A DNA stretch of 62,712 nt, counting the filler, from a candidate division NPL-UPA2 bacterium Unc8 (GTDB lineage: Bacteria; NPL-UPA2): NCBI GenBank assembly GCA_003574845.1. It is 3 parts of 3 records of this genome, joined end to end, with 100 filler letters (N's around TTAATTAATTAA, not from the genome) between each part and the next. Parts side by side here need not be neighbours in the genome. Positions count along the whole stretch, not along the records: positions 9,143 to 38,895 come from NDHY01000010.1; 2 more parts are not named here. The stretch is one strand, 5' to 3'. How positions within the stretch are numbered: position 1 is the first letter of the stretch; every line of letters starts with the position of its first letter. Of this stretch, positions 18,834-28,669 are shown piece after piece. A model generated the notes under the pieces. The model was not told where the DNA came from. It did no database searches and saw only the letters and a list, made by a program, of their open reading frames with translations. A program made the position numbers and the translations under genes.

Positions 18834-20333
18834 TTAATTAAAGCGTGGTAATAAATCTGCGTGAGTCCACAACAGCTCATCCAGCACTTTTTCCGCTATA
18901 TCATGACTATCTACTATCGGGTCAAGTAACATTGCCTGAAGAGCGAGCTGGCGCGAGCCGCTCAAAGCCGCTTCCGCATTAATTTTTGCTATCTCAATCT
19001 GGGTTTCACACAGAGTCGCGGCTCCACCTGGTAAATCCTTCATATCTAAGGGCTGAATTTTGCCATTGCTAATCAGAGCAGGAACCTCTACAACTGCATT
19101 CTGTGGAAGATTACTGACATACCGCCCCTGATTCGAAACGTTAACCATCAACTCAAGCGGTTCTTTATCTGTACTTAGGAGCGCATCTATTAGTTCAACG
19201 GCTCTTCCTTCCTTGTAAGAGCTGACAAGCCGCAGTAGTTTTTTGAAAAAGGAGAAGTCTCCTTTAGCTGCCAGGGAAGCAGCCTTGCGTAAAGTAGGAT
19301 AAAACGGCTTGAAATAATTACTATGGCTTAATACAGTAAGCACGGAGCCCATAAGCCCGGGAATCCTTCCTTTTTCCAATTGGTCCGAGAACCATCTAAT
19401 CTTCTCCTGACTGGAGAATTCTCCTCTGAACATAAAAAGAGCCGCTTCTTCCATGTCTACCATGGCAAAATACGGTTTTATCCAATTATAACCACGTTCT
19501 TCGGGATGGCAAATGTCATAGCCATCTGAAATGAACTCAGCTATATGCCCATCGCTGGGAGAGCCATATAAGCCAAACCTATGGTACATTTCCTTGCACA
19601 CTGGCTGAAAATAATCTTTCACCTTCAGCATTTTTTCTTTTAATACAGGGTAGGCATCACCCCCGCTCTTAAATTGCAGTTCCTTAATCCAGGAAAAGTG
19701 ATTAAGCCCTGCCGCCCTTCCTCTTAATCCCTCCGGATAGGCAAGGAAACCTGCGAGAGCCATTAGATGACCATCAAATCCACAGCAGAGCCCAATAAAG
19801 TTGACATCAGTGTAATGTTCAACAGCATAACAAACGCGCACCATTGGATTGGTGTAATTGATAAAAAGAGCATCCGGGCACAATTTCTGGATATCTTCGC
19901 ATATCTCTACTACCATCGGAATTACTCGTAAGCTATGAGAGATGCCGCCAGGACCTCCGCATTCACCAACGACTTGTTTGATTCCGTGTTTTAACGGAAT
20001 CTCGCAATCCATCTTCCACCTGTTCATTCTGTCTACCTCTACGGCAGAGATAACAAAATCCGCTCCTTCTAATGCTTGACGGCGGTCAGTGGTTTTTTTT
20101 ATCTTTAATTCTGCTTTAAACTTTTCATTAAGTCGCATAGCAAGGTCTGTTACCATTCCTAACTTTTCTTCTTCTATATCTACTAAAATCAGCTCGCTGC
20201 CACCAAGCGCAAAGCTGCGGGTGATGTCGCAAACCGTGAGAAATGTAAACTGAGCGCTTCCTGCACCGATCAACACAATTTTTGGAGAGCCTTTTCTCTG
20301 CTTTGTTACATAGTATGGAGCAGCCATATTCAT
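18834..20333 (-). CDS. Glycoside hydrolase family 4 (alpha-galactosidase/glucosidase-like)
   Basis: IGAGS, GECGGPGG, INYTNP, GLNHF, VVEVP. Confidence 0.85.
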   Translation of the reverse strand: MNMAAPYYVTKQRKGSPKIVLIGAGSAQFTFLTVCDITRSFALGGSELILVDIEEEKLGMVTDLAMRLNEKFKAELKIKKTTDRRQALEGADFVISAVEVDRMNRWKMDCEIPLKHGIKQVVGECGGPGGISHSLRVIPMVVEICEDIQKLCPDALFINYTNPMVRVCYAVEHYTDVNFIGLCCGFDGHLMALAGFLAYPEGLRGRAAGLNHFSWIKELQFKSGGDAYPVLKEKMLKVKDYFQPVCKEMYHRFGLYGSPSDGHIAEFISDGYDICHPEERGYNWIKPYFAMVDMEEAALFMFRGEFSSQEKIRWFSDQLEKGRIPGLMGSVLTVLSHSNYFKPFYPTLRKAASLAAKGDFSFFKKLLRLVSSYKEGRAVELIDALLSTDKEPLELMVNVSNQGRYVSNLPQNAVVEVPALISNGKIQPLDMKDLPGGAATLCETQIEIAKINAEAALSGSRQLALQAMLLDPIVDSHDIAEKVLDELLWTHADLLPRFN

Positions 20334-21370
20334 TGAGGAGTTTCCTTAGCCAGCTCCCTTTTAAGGGTGTCTATTGGCTTTACAGGAGTAGGGTCAACGC
20401 CAGCAAGAATTGCCAGATAAAAACTCAGGAAATCCCCGTAATATATCAGGGAAAAGAGCCTGGCAAGTAGAGATTCTCCACGGGACCAGATTTCCTCAAA
20501 TTCACCACCAATAATTGACTTTGTAATATCAATTCTTCTGACAATTCTCCCGTCCTCTCCTTTATCTCTCAGGATAAGCGGCTTAAAGTTAGCCATCGGC
20601 GCTATATTTCTCCTTTCCCACCCAACAATCTCGTTATGATTCATCTCTGGAAAATTAACGGTGTAAGCAAGAATCTTGCTGTTTTCATTTATCTGAGTTT
20701 TCCAGCGCAGACCAACTGCCCCCAGAGCCTCGCTCTGATAGACGATAGGAATTTTTCCTTTGAGCTTCAAAGCAAGTTTATATGGCTGATTCTCAGATGA
20801 AGCAGGAGCATATTCACTACTTAACTTTCTGAGCAAAAGAAGAGTTTCTTCAATCTCATCCTGCTTGTCTTTGACCAGCCCCAACTTCTGGAGAGTAATC
20901 AAAGTCGGAAGAAATAAGTACCCAAGTGCCGTTCGCGGAGGAAGTCCAGGTGGAACAGTGGTCACTGGAAAACCATCCTGGTGACAGAGCTTACTTAATG
21001 TCCCGCCGCTGGAAACAGCAGCAATCTTTGCCCTAACTTCCTTTGCGTGTTTGTAGGCGCTCAGGGTCTCTTCAGTATTTCCTGAATAACTTACTGCCAT
21101 AAAAAGCGTGGTATCGTCAACAAAGCGAGGTAGAGTATAATCTCTATTTACAAATATTGGCAGCTCTAACTCACTATTTAGATATAGCCGAAGTATGTCA
21201 CCTCCAATCGCCGAGCCACCCAAGCCGGTAATGACAATCTTTTTTAGTTCCTTGTAATCAGGAGGAGAGAACTCTTTTCCAATCCTCCTTGCTTCTTCCC
21301 ACTGCTGCGGGAAATTAAGAAGGATGGTTAGCATGTCCGAGCTGTCTGTTTCTTTAATTTGCATCAACAT
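20330..21370 (-). CDS. Bifunctional phosphoglucose/phosphomannose isomerase
   Basis: GLGGSAIGG, SYSGNTEET, INENSK, PEMNHNE. Confidence 0.92.
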   Translation of the reverse strand: MLMQIKETDSSDMLTILLNFPQQWEEARRIGKEFSPPDYKELKKIVITGLGGSAIGGDILRLYLNSELELPIFVNRDYTLPRFVDDTTLFMAVSYSGNTEETLSAYKHAKEVRAKIAAVSSGGTLSKLCHQDGFPVTTVPPGLPPRTALGYLFLPTLITLQKLGLVKDKQDEIEETLLLLRKLSSEYAPASSENQPYKLALKLKGKIPIVYQSEALGAVGLRWKTQINENSKILAYTVNFPEMNHNEIVGWERRNIAPMANFKPLILRDKGEDGRIVRRIDITKSIIGGEFEEIWSRGESLLARLFSLIYYGDFLSFYLAILAGVDPTPVKPIDTLKRELAKETPQ

Positions 21371-21384
21371 TTTCTAACTTTACA

Positions 21385-23139
21385 TCACCTCTGGTAATAT
21401 TGCCTTACATCGGGCGCAATCTTTTTTAACTTCTCCCTGGCATATCTGTCAACCTCTTCTGCTGTTGACATAGTAAGACACTTTCTGGCAATGCGTTTTG
21501 CCTCTGTCATTGTAATGGCGCGAATTACCCTTTTCGCTTCCGGAATGGCAATAGCGCTCATACTAAATTCATCAAGCCCCATACCAAGAAGAATCGGAAT
21601 GTAAGCAGGTTCAGACGCCATCTCGCCACATATGCTGACCGGGATTTTCTCCCTGTGGGCAGTATCAATGACCATCTTAATAAGCCTCAGGATACCAGGA
21701 TGAACCGGTTCATAGGGCTGAAGTCTCTGCTCATCTACTCTGTCAGCGGCAAGTGAATATTGGACAAGGTCGTTTGTGCCAATGCTGAAGAAATGAACTT
21801 CCTTTGCCAGTATGTCAGCCGTCATTACCGCTGAAGGGGTCTCAATCATTGCACCGACACGTATTCTCTCATTAAATCTAATCCCGCTGCGGCGCAGTTC
21901 ATCCTTGGCCGTATCAAGAATCTCTTTGGTTGCTCGCAACTCCTCAATTCTGGAAATCATCGGATACATGACGCGAAGCTCTCCGTGAACGGCTGCTCTT
22001 AGAATTGCTCTCAGTTGAACTTTTAAAATCTCAGGTTGGGCAAGATAGGACCGAATAGACCGAAAATCGCGGAATGAACTCATCTCCTCAGGAAGCTGTA
22101 ACTGAGAAATAAACTTGTCGCCTCCGATGTCAAAAGTTCTGATGGTAACGGAATAGGGAGCCATTTTCTCAACAATTGATTTGTATGCCTCATAGTGCTC
22201 ATCCTCAGTGGGAAGTTTTTGACGATTTATGTAGAAGAATTCTGTCCGGTAAAGCCCGATTCCTGCCGCTCCATGAGAGAGGACTAATGGTATCTCATCC
22301 AGTATTTCTATGTTAGCAGACAATTTCACCTGATGCCCGCGGCGGGTTTGAGCAGGAAGAGGCACAGAATCTTCAAATTCTTTCTCATAGGTTTTCAACT
22401 CTAAATCCTTTTTCTGATATTTAACAAGTGTCTCCTCGTCTGGATTAATAATTACAACTCCCTCTGTTCCGTCAACGATGACAGTATCGTCTTCCCCCAC
22501 TTCTTCTGTTATATTTCTCAGTCCAACGACTGCCGGGATCTCAATCGCCCTTGCCATAATTGCGGTATGTGATGCCTTCCCTCCCACATCAGTAGCAAAT
22601 GCAAGGATAGTTTCCTTGCGCATCGTCGCCGTATCGGAAGGAGATAGGTCATGAGCAACAATGATTACCTCTTCTTTAATATGGGAAAGCCCTTTTCTCT
22701 TACTACCTATCATGTTGCTCAGCACTCTCTTCCCAACATCTCTGATGTCTACCGACCTTCCCCCAAGGTACTCATCGTCAAGCGCAGAAAGCTTCTTTGC
22801 TATTCTTTCCAGCACACCTACAAAGATATATTCCGCGTTCATCTCTCTCTCCCGCACCTGTTGCTTTGTTTCCTCAATAAGCGATATATCTTCAAGAACA
22901 AGTAAATGCGCACCAAAGATGTCGGCGTATCTTTCACCCATCTCACGGGATATCTTATCTTTTACCTGAATAATCCTTTTCTTTGCATGGTCCACGGCAC
23001 GCTCAAAACGAGCAAGTTCTCTATCAACCTCTCCTCTTGAGATTCTCCACCTGGGGATGAAAGGCCCCTCACGGCTAAGGAGAAAAGCCTTGCCAACTTT
23101 TATTCCGGGAGAGACTCCAGTTCCTTTTATTGTTAGCAC
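21385..23139 (-). CDS. ptsI: PTS enzyme I
   Basis: GGKASHTAIMAR, GLYRTEF, MIETP, SIGTNDL, CGEMA. Confidence 0.92.
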   Translation of the reverse strand: MLTIKGTGVSPGIKVGKAFLLSREGPFIPRWRISRGEVDRELARFERAVDHAKKRIIQVKDKISREMGERYADIFGAHLLVLEDISLIEETKQQVREREMNAEYIFVGVLERIAKKLSALDDEYLGGRSVDIRDVGKRVLSNMIGSKRKGLSHIKEEVIIVAHDLSPSDTATMRKETILAFATDVGGKASHTAIMARAIEIPAVVGLRNITEEVGEDDTVIVDGTEGVVIINPDEETLVKYQKKDLELKTYEKEFEDSVPLPAQTRRGHQVKLSANIEILDEIPLVLSHGAAGIGLYRTEFFYINRQKLPTEDEHYEAYKSIVEKMAPYSVTIRTFDIGGDKFISQLQLPEEMSSFRDFRSIRSYLAQPEILKVQLRAILRAAVHGELRVMYPMISRIEELRATKEILDTAKDELRRSGIRFNERIRVGAMIETPSAVMTADILAKEVHFFSIGTNDLVQYSLAADRVDEQRLQPYEPVHPGILRLIKMVIDTAHREKIPVSICGEMASEPAYIPILLGMGLDEFSMSAIAIPEAKRVIRAITMTEAKRIARKCLTMSTAEEVDRYAREKLKKIAPDVRQYYQR

Positions 23140-23418
23140 TTATTTCTCTCCAAACTTATCATCTATTAATTTCTTAAGTTTCCCTACTACCTGTTGAGCA
23201 CCATCTCCTACAGCAACAATCCTCAGTTTACTTCCTTTCTCCGCACCAAGCGCCATTAAGCTTGTGATGCTCTTGCCGTCAACTGCCTCCCCATTTTTTT
23301 CTACAGTTACCTTGCAAGAAAATCGGCTTGCCTGCTTAACAAAGAGGGTAATAGCCCGCATATGCAATCCTGTTTTATTGCGGACTTCAAGGAGAACCTC
23401 AGCCAGATTATTTCGCAT
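23140..23418 (-). CDS. ptsH: HPr phosphocarrier
   Basis: GLHMR (His15), DGKSI (Ser46). Confidence 0.88.
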   Translation of the reverse strand: MRNNLAEVLLEVRNKTGLHMRAITLFVKQASRFSCKVTVEKNGEAVDGKSITSLMALGAEKGSKLRIVAVGDGAQQVVGKLKKLIDDKFGEK

Positions 23419-23419
23419 T

Positions 23420-23887
23420 TCACTGTCTTTTCCTGTCTTCCTCGCTGATAATTGAGAATAACTCTTCCTTCGCTGTTGCCTTCATCAGTGACTCGCGGAA
23501 ACCGCTGTTGTGAAGCAGGCGGGAGAGCCTTGCCAATGCCTTGAGATGTGGTCCGGCTGCATCGTTGGGGGCAACAAGGAGAAAAAACAGACGCACTGGC
23601 TCATCGTCCACCGTGTGTCCAAAATCTACTCCCTCAAAAGATATCCCGCATGCGGCGGTGACCTCCGTGACGGCATTGCTCTTTGCATGAGGAATGGCAA
23701 CCCCTTTGCCTATTGCTGTGGAGCCAATCTTTTCCCTCTCAAAGATAGCATTCAATACATTGCTTTTGTCCTTCACCTTTCCTGTCTGCACAAGCAGCTC
23801 AAGAAGCTCTTCAATAATCCCTTTCTTGTTTTTTGCCTCAAGACTGACCTTAATTGCCTCTGCCTTCAAAAAATCCACCATCTTCAT
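23420..23887 (-). CDS. PTS EIIA (Ntr/fructose type)
   Basis: RE..GSTAIGKGVAIPH. Confidence 0.88.
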   Translation of the reverse strand: MKMVDFLKAEAIKVSLEAKNKKGIIEELLELLVQTGKVKDKSNVLNAIFEREKIGSTAIGKGVAIPHAKSNAVTEVTAACGISFEGVDFGHTVDDEPVRLFFLLVAPNDAAGPHLKALARLSRLLHNSGFRESLMKATAKEELFSIISEEDRKRQ

Positions 23888-24015
23888 TTAAAGCTCCCCC
23901 TTCTCCTAATCCTATTCAGCTTTCAGTTTTCAGTTTTCAGCTTTCAGCTGTGCCTTTGTTTACTGACACCCGTTAACTATTGCCGACATACTTTATCATA
24001 AAGCTTGATGTCAGG

Positions 24016-24735
24016 TCAAAATCTGAAGTTTTTGCCCAGATAAACCTTTCTCGCCTCTTCATGCTCAATAAGCTCTGTTGAGGTTCCTGAAAAAAGAATT
24101 TTCCCTTCATAAATGATATAAGCACGATTAGTTATTTCAAGGGTCTCCCGGACGCTGTGGTCAGTGATTAAGATTCCATAACCTTTCTCTTTCAAGGAAA
24201 TAATAATGCGTTGAATGTCAGAGATAGTAATCGGGTCAATGCCCGTGAAGGGCTCGTCAAACAAAATAAATGAAGGAGAAGTAACAAGAGCGCGGGCTAT
24301 TTCTACCCGGCGGGTCTCTCCACCTGAAAGTGTAAATGCTTTCTGGCGTGAGATATGGGAAAGTTTAAATTCTTTCAGAATCTCCTCGCACCTCTGCTGG
24401 CGGTTCCTCCGGGTGATAGGTATCGTTTCCAGGACTGCCAATATATTCTCAGCAACCGTGAGACCACGAAAGACGGATGATTCCTGGGGCAGATATCCGA
24501 TTCCTTTTCTTGCGCGGAGGTACATTGGCAATCGCGTAAGGTTATCTTCTCCAAGGTAGACTTTACCATCACCGGGTGTAACAAGTCCGACCATCATATG
24601 AAAGGTAGTTGTCTTTCCTGCTCCATTTGGCCCCAGGAGCCCCACAATTTCCCCTTTCCTCACCTCCAATGAGACTCTATTGACGATACATCTTCCATTG
24701 TAGAATTTAACGAGACCTTCTGCTTTTAGTAACAT
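24016..24735 (-). CDS. lptB: LPS export ABC ATPase
   Basis: [34 protein letters not shown]. Confidence 0.93.
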   Translation of the reverse strand: MLLKAEGLVKFYNGRCIVNRVSLEVRKGEIVGLLGPNGAGKTTTFHMMVGLVTPGDGKVYLGEDNLTRLPMYLRARKGIGYLPQESSVFRGLTVAENILAVLETIPITRRNRQQRCEEILKEFKLSHISRQKAFTLSGGETRRVEIARALVTSPSFILFDEPFTGIDPITISDIQRIIISLKEKGYGILITDHSVRETLEITNRAYIIYEGKILFSGTSTELIEHEEARKVYLGKNFRF

Positions 24736-24757
24736 CTTTATCCTTAGCTTTCAGCTT

Positions 24758-24827
24758 TCAGCTTTCAGCTTTCAGAAACAATCATCGATAAGCATGCCCC
24801 GATGCAAATCGGGGTCGCACCGCTACT
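24758..24827. repeat. 70-bp composite repeat, copy 1 (heptamers + palindrome + REP end)
   Basis: Identical to 49295-49364; contains CCCCGATGCAAATCGGGG. Confidence 0.9.
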
Positions 24828-24855
24828 TTGTTGGTAACTGGTCAATGGTCAATGG

Positions 24856-26157
24856 TCAATGGTCTATGGTCTTATGCTTTTCCCACCGCAGGAGTTCAGC
24901 GACAGAGGAAAGCGTTTCTCCTCGTTCAATCTCTTCTCTGACCCTGTTTTCCTTCTCAAGCACATCCATTGCCCGATTGGCAATCTCAACTACCTTTTTC
25001 TCAGGAATGAGGAGCACTCCGTCGTCATCTCCTACTATCCAATCACCCGGGTTAATTCTAACTCCCCCTACCTTGACGGGAACTCCAATCTCGCCAAACC
25101 CTTTTGGCTCTCCGGCAGTGGGGGTAACTATCTTAGCAAATGCGGGAAAGCCCAGCTTTCTAATCTCTGCCACATCTCTTATCGCTCCATCAATCAGGAC
25201 TCCGGATAGTTTCTTCTGAATTGCACTGTGCGTGGCTAATTCTCCCCACACCGCCGGGCCTACGCCTCCGGCATCAATAACAATCACATCGGCAGTCTCG
25301 GCAATATCAATAGCTTCAACTGATTTTGCCCAATCGCCAGGATATGTCCTTACGGTTACAGCCGGGCCTATCATCTTTGCTCCGGGAGTTATGAGTATGA
25401 GCCCTTCTAAATTACCACTGCGATGCAAGGCATCGGAGAGGTTTGCCGTAGAAACCATTTCAAAAATCTTACGAATATCAGGCAGGATGGCTCTCTTATA
25501 GAGATGTGTTTTCTTCTTCTTTCCTGTAGTCATTCCCTGCTTAATTTCTCTTGCCGCCCGGGTTGCATCGCTACTTTTGTTGATTGCCCCGCCAACAATA
25601 ATGATGCTTGCTCCCGCGCTAACAGCACCTGCCGCTGTTTCCGAATTTATCCCCCCGGCAATGGCAATGGGAATCCTGACTGCCCTGGCAACCTCTGTCA
25701 CTTTTGCAAAAGAAATAACTCCCAACATCTGGTCGTCAATAGGAATGTGCACACTTACATAGTCAGCTCCCATTTCCTCTATTTCTCTGGCTCTTTTGAC
25801 TACCTCATCCATAGCAATGGTGTCAATGACGATTTTGGCTCCATAATTTTTTCCTGCTTCAATACACTCTTTAATAGTTGCGTCTGAGGCTGCTCCGAGG
25901 ACGTCAACAATATCTGCTCCTGCCTTTGCGGCGGATTCTACCTCAATTCTCCCTGCATCCATCACTTTCATATCAGCTACAATCGTTTGTCCTGGGAACT
26001 CCCGGCGCAGAGCCCTGACAGCGTCCAGTCCTTCACTCTTAATGAGAGGAGTTCCTGCTTCCAGCCAGTCCACTCCTCCAGCCACTGCTTCATGAGCAAC
26101 TTTGAGCGCCCGTTTTAAATCAACAAAATCAAGTGCTAACTGCAGAACCGGCTTCAT
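24856..26157 (-). CDS. hxlA: 3-hexulose-6-phosphate synthase / RraA-domain fusion
   Basis: LQLALD, EAGTPLIK, ADMKVMDAG; C-terminal RraA domain (AVWGELA, DGAIRD, GDDDGV). Confidence 0.85.
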   Translation of the reverse strand: MKPVLQLALDFVDLKRALKVAHEAVAGGVDWLEAGTPLIKSEGLDAVRALRREFPGQTIVADMKVMDAGRIEVESAAKAGADIVDVLGAASDATIKECIEAGKNYGAKIVIDTIAMDEVVKRAREIEEMGADYVSVHIPIDDQMLGVISFAKVTEVARAVRIPIAIAGGINSETAAGAVSAGASIIIVGGAINKSSDATRAAREIKQGMTTGKKKKTHLYKRAILPDIRKIFEMVSTANLSDALHRSGNLEGLILITPGAKMIGPAVTVRTYPGDWAKSVEAIDIAETADVIVIDAGGVGPAVWGELATHSAIQKKLSGVLIDGAIRDVAEIRKLGFPAFAKIVTPTAGEPKGFGEIGVPVKVGGVRINPGDWIVGDDDGVLLIPEKKVVEIANRAMDVLEKENRVREEIERGETLSSVAELLRWEKHKTIDH

Positions 26158-26577
26158 CTATTCTCCGCTAAATTGAAGAATTATTTCTCGGGAGCGAGGG
26201 CGATTATCAAGTTCAATAAATATAATCTGCTGCCACCTTCCCAATTGTAAATTTCCATTAATAAATGGAACACTCAACGATGGACCAAGAAGGGCTGCCC
26301 TGATATGAGAATAGCCATTCATGTCTCCCCACTTCTTGTTGTGGGCATAAACTCCATCCTGAGGAGCAATCACTTCAAGCGCTTCTTTTAAGTCCTTGAC
26401 TAATCCTGGTTCATATTCAAGCACAGTAATTGCCCCTGTCGCTCCAGGGATAAATACAACTACCACACCTTTTTTAAGTTGACATTCTCCTAATTGAGAT
26501 GAAACCTCAGAGGTAATATCAATGATATCGGTCTTGCCTTCAGTGCTCAATTTTATCTTTTTAGTGATTACCGCCAC
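26158..26577 (-). CDS. yjbQ: YjbQ/UPF0047 family protein
   Basis: NGYSHIRAALLG, LGRWQQI..ELD..PR. Confidence 0.9.
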   Translation of the reverse strand: MAVITKKIKLSTEGKTDIIDITSEVSSQLGECQLKKGVVVVFIPGATGAITVLEYEPGLVKDLKEALEVIAPQDGVYAHNKKWGDMNGYSHIRAALLGPSLSVPFINGNLQLGRWQQIIFIELDNRPRSREIILQFSGE

Positions 26578-26593
26578 CTTTTGCCTCTAAAAC

Positions 26594-26627
26594 CTACCCT
26601 GAACTTGATTCAGGGCTAAAACCTAAA
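26594..26627. repeat. 34-bp repeat with palindrome CCCTGAACTTGATTCAGGG, copy 1
   Basis: Identical at 59546-59579; embedded in CTAAAAC heptamers. Confidence 0.85.
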
Positions 26628-26739
26628 CTCTGGCTACAGCCTAACAGCCTATCTACCTGAGCAGTTATTTAACTTATACCCTATGACAGTGGTTGCGTCA
26701 AGGAAAAGAAAAGAAAATAGAGGGGTCAGGTCTTCACAC

Positions 26740-26768
26740 TTGACATATTAAAGCAATTTTGGTATGAT
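26740..26768 (+). promoter_or_regulatory. Sigma70 promoter upstream of pyk
   Basis: TTGACA-17bp-TATGAT. Confidence 0.7.
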
Positions 26769-26801
26769 TTTCTCTACCTATAACCCAAAAATAGGGCAGA
26801 A

Positions 26802-28241
26802 ATGAGAAAAACTAAAATCATTGCAACTATTGGCCCGGCCTCAAACAAGCAAGCAACGATAGAGAAAATGGCAAAGGCCGGGATGAATGTCTGCCGATTA
26901 AATTTTTCTTTCGGGATACAGGAAGAACATTTCAAGATGATTTCCGCAATCCGAAAGGCAAGCAAAAACACAGACATTCCAATTGCCATTATGCAGGATT
27001 TGCAGGGTCCTAAAATCAGAATAGGAAAACTTAAAACCACGACAACCGTTAAAAAAGGAGATGAGATTATCCTCTCGGGCAATACCGAACATAAAGAAAA
27101 ATTCTATCTCCCCACAACTTATCCTCAAATCGCATCAGATACTAAAGCAGGGAAAGCAATATTGATAGCAGATGGGAAAATAACTCTTAAGGTGTTAAGA
27201 ACCGATAGGTCCAAAAAAGAAGTGCACTGTAAAGTAATTGAAGGAGGCACTATCCTGACAGGAAAAGGAATCAATCTGCCATATACAAATATCTCTCTGC
27301 CTTCCATGACAGAAAAGGACATCAAAGACGCAATTTTTGGAACAAAAGCCGGGGTTGATTATGTATCTTTGTCTTTTGTTCGCAAAGCTGAGGATATTGT
27401 AAAACTCCGTAAATTGCTTAAAAAACATAATTCCAGCGCCGCTATTATTTCTAAAATAGAAAAACCGGAAGCAGTTGACAATATTGATGCCATTATAGAA
27501 GAAACAGATGGTATAATGATTGCCCGCGGCGATTTGGCTGATGAAGTTTCCTTTGCAAAAGTTCCTCTGATACAAAAGAGAATAATCAAAAAAGCAAACA
27601 AAAAAGGTAAATTTACAATTATTGCCACGGAAATGCTGTCTTCAATGACAGATAGCCAGTTGCCGACACGAGCCGAGGTTAGCGATGTTGCCAATGGAGT
27701 GCTTGACGGAACTGACCTTACTATGCTGTCCAACGAAACCGCTATGGGAAAATATCCGATAAAATCGGTAGAAACAATGGCAAAAATTGCAGAAGAGGCT
27801 GAATCAATATTTACCGGCAGAGATTTTTTTGCTGGACTTGAACTACCCGGAGTACACAATTTAATTGAGGCGTTATGTTACTCGGCAACATCTCTGTCCT
27901 ATGACCTGAGCAATGATGCCATAGCTGTTTTTACTGAAACAGGGCTTACCGCAAAAATATTATCTAAATTCAGGCCTGAGGCTACGATTTTTGCAGCTAC
28001 TTATAAAAAGAACATATATCAAAAAATGGCTCTTTACAATAATGTTTATCCGATATTACTTAATAAAAAGGATTTTCAGGCAAGCGATGTAATGCATCGC
28101 ACCATCCCCGCATTAGAAGAAAAACTTTACAGGAAACATTTAATTGACAAGGGCCGAAAATTTATAATTCTCACCGGTGAATACATAAATAACAAGTGGA
28201 CAAGTATCAATACTATTAAAATTAAAACCTTTGGCGCATAA
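26802..28241 (+). CDS. pyk: Pyruvate kinase
   Basis: RKTKIIATIGPAS, DLQGPKIR, MIARGDL, MLSNETA.GKYP. Confidence 0.95.
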   Translation: MRKTKIIATIGPASNKQATIEKMAKAGMNVCRLNFSFGIQEEHFKMISAIRKASKNTDIPIAIMQDLQGPKIRIGKLKTTTTVKKGDEIILSGNTEHKEKFYLPTTYPQIASDTKAGKAILIADGKITLKVLRTDRSKKEVHCKVIEGGTILTGKGINLPYTNISLPSMTEKDIKDAIFGTKAGVDYVSLSFVRKAEDIVKLRKLLKKHNSSAAIISKIEKPEAVDNIDAIIEETDGIMIARGDLADEVSFAKVPLIQKRIIKKANKKGKFTIIATEMLSSMTDSQLPTRAEVSDVANGVLDGTDLTMLSNETAMGKYPIKSVETMAKIAEEAESIFTGRDFFAGLELPGVHNLIEALCYSATSLSYDLSNDAIAVFTETGLTAKILSKFRPEATIFAATYKKNIYQKMALYNNVYPILLNKKDFQASDVMHRTIPALEEKLYRKHLIDKGRKFIILTGEYINNKWTSINTIKIKTFGA

Positions 28242-28282
28242 TCAAGAGTGACACTCTTGCAGTTTATATCAGGAAGGAGGAA

Positions 28283-28657
28283 ATGATGGGGAAGAAAGCG
28301 AAGATTACTGCCGGTGAGGTAGTGATGGAGATGGAGTTTAATGATTCTGGGACTGCTCTTGCCGTCCGGGATATAATGCCAATTAAGGCTCGTGGAAATA
28401 GGTGGGGAGATGAGATTTATTTTTCCATCCCTGTAGCATGCGAGTTAGAGAATCCGAAAGAGGTGGTTGCATTGGGAGATATTGGCTACTGGCCTTCAGG
28501 AAATGCCTTTTGTATTTTCTTCGGCAAAACTCCTGCAAGCCGGGGAGATGAGATTCGCCCTGCCAGCGCTGTAAACATAATCGGGAAACTGCTTGGCAAC
28601 CCCGAAGAGTTCAAAAAGGTTAAATCAGGAAGCGAGGTAATTATTGAGCAGTTGTAG
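28283..28657 (+). CDS. Cyclophilin-like fold protein (TM1367-like)
   Basis: WGDEIYF, GDIGYWPSG.AFCIFFG.TP. Confidence 0.8.
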   Translation: MMGKKAKITAGEVVMEMEFNDSGTALAVRDIMPIKARGNRWGDEIYFSIPVACELENPKEVVALGDIGYWPSGNAFCIFFGKTPASRGDEIRPASAVNIIGKLLGNPEEFKKVKSGSEVIIEQL

Positions 28658-28669
28658 AGACTGAAGAAA

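Noticed and set aside
18588-18880. ORFs with repeated peptides (RSRSGR, LPERER)
   Set aside because: Translations of the nested palindromic elements, not genes.
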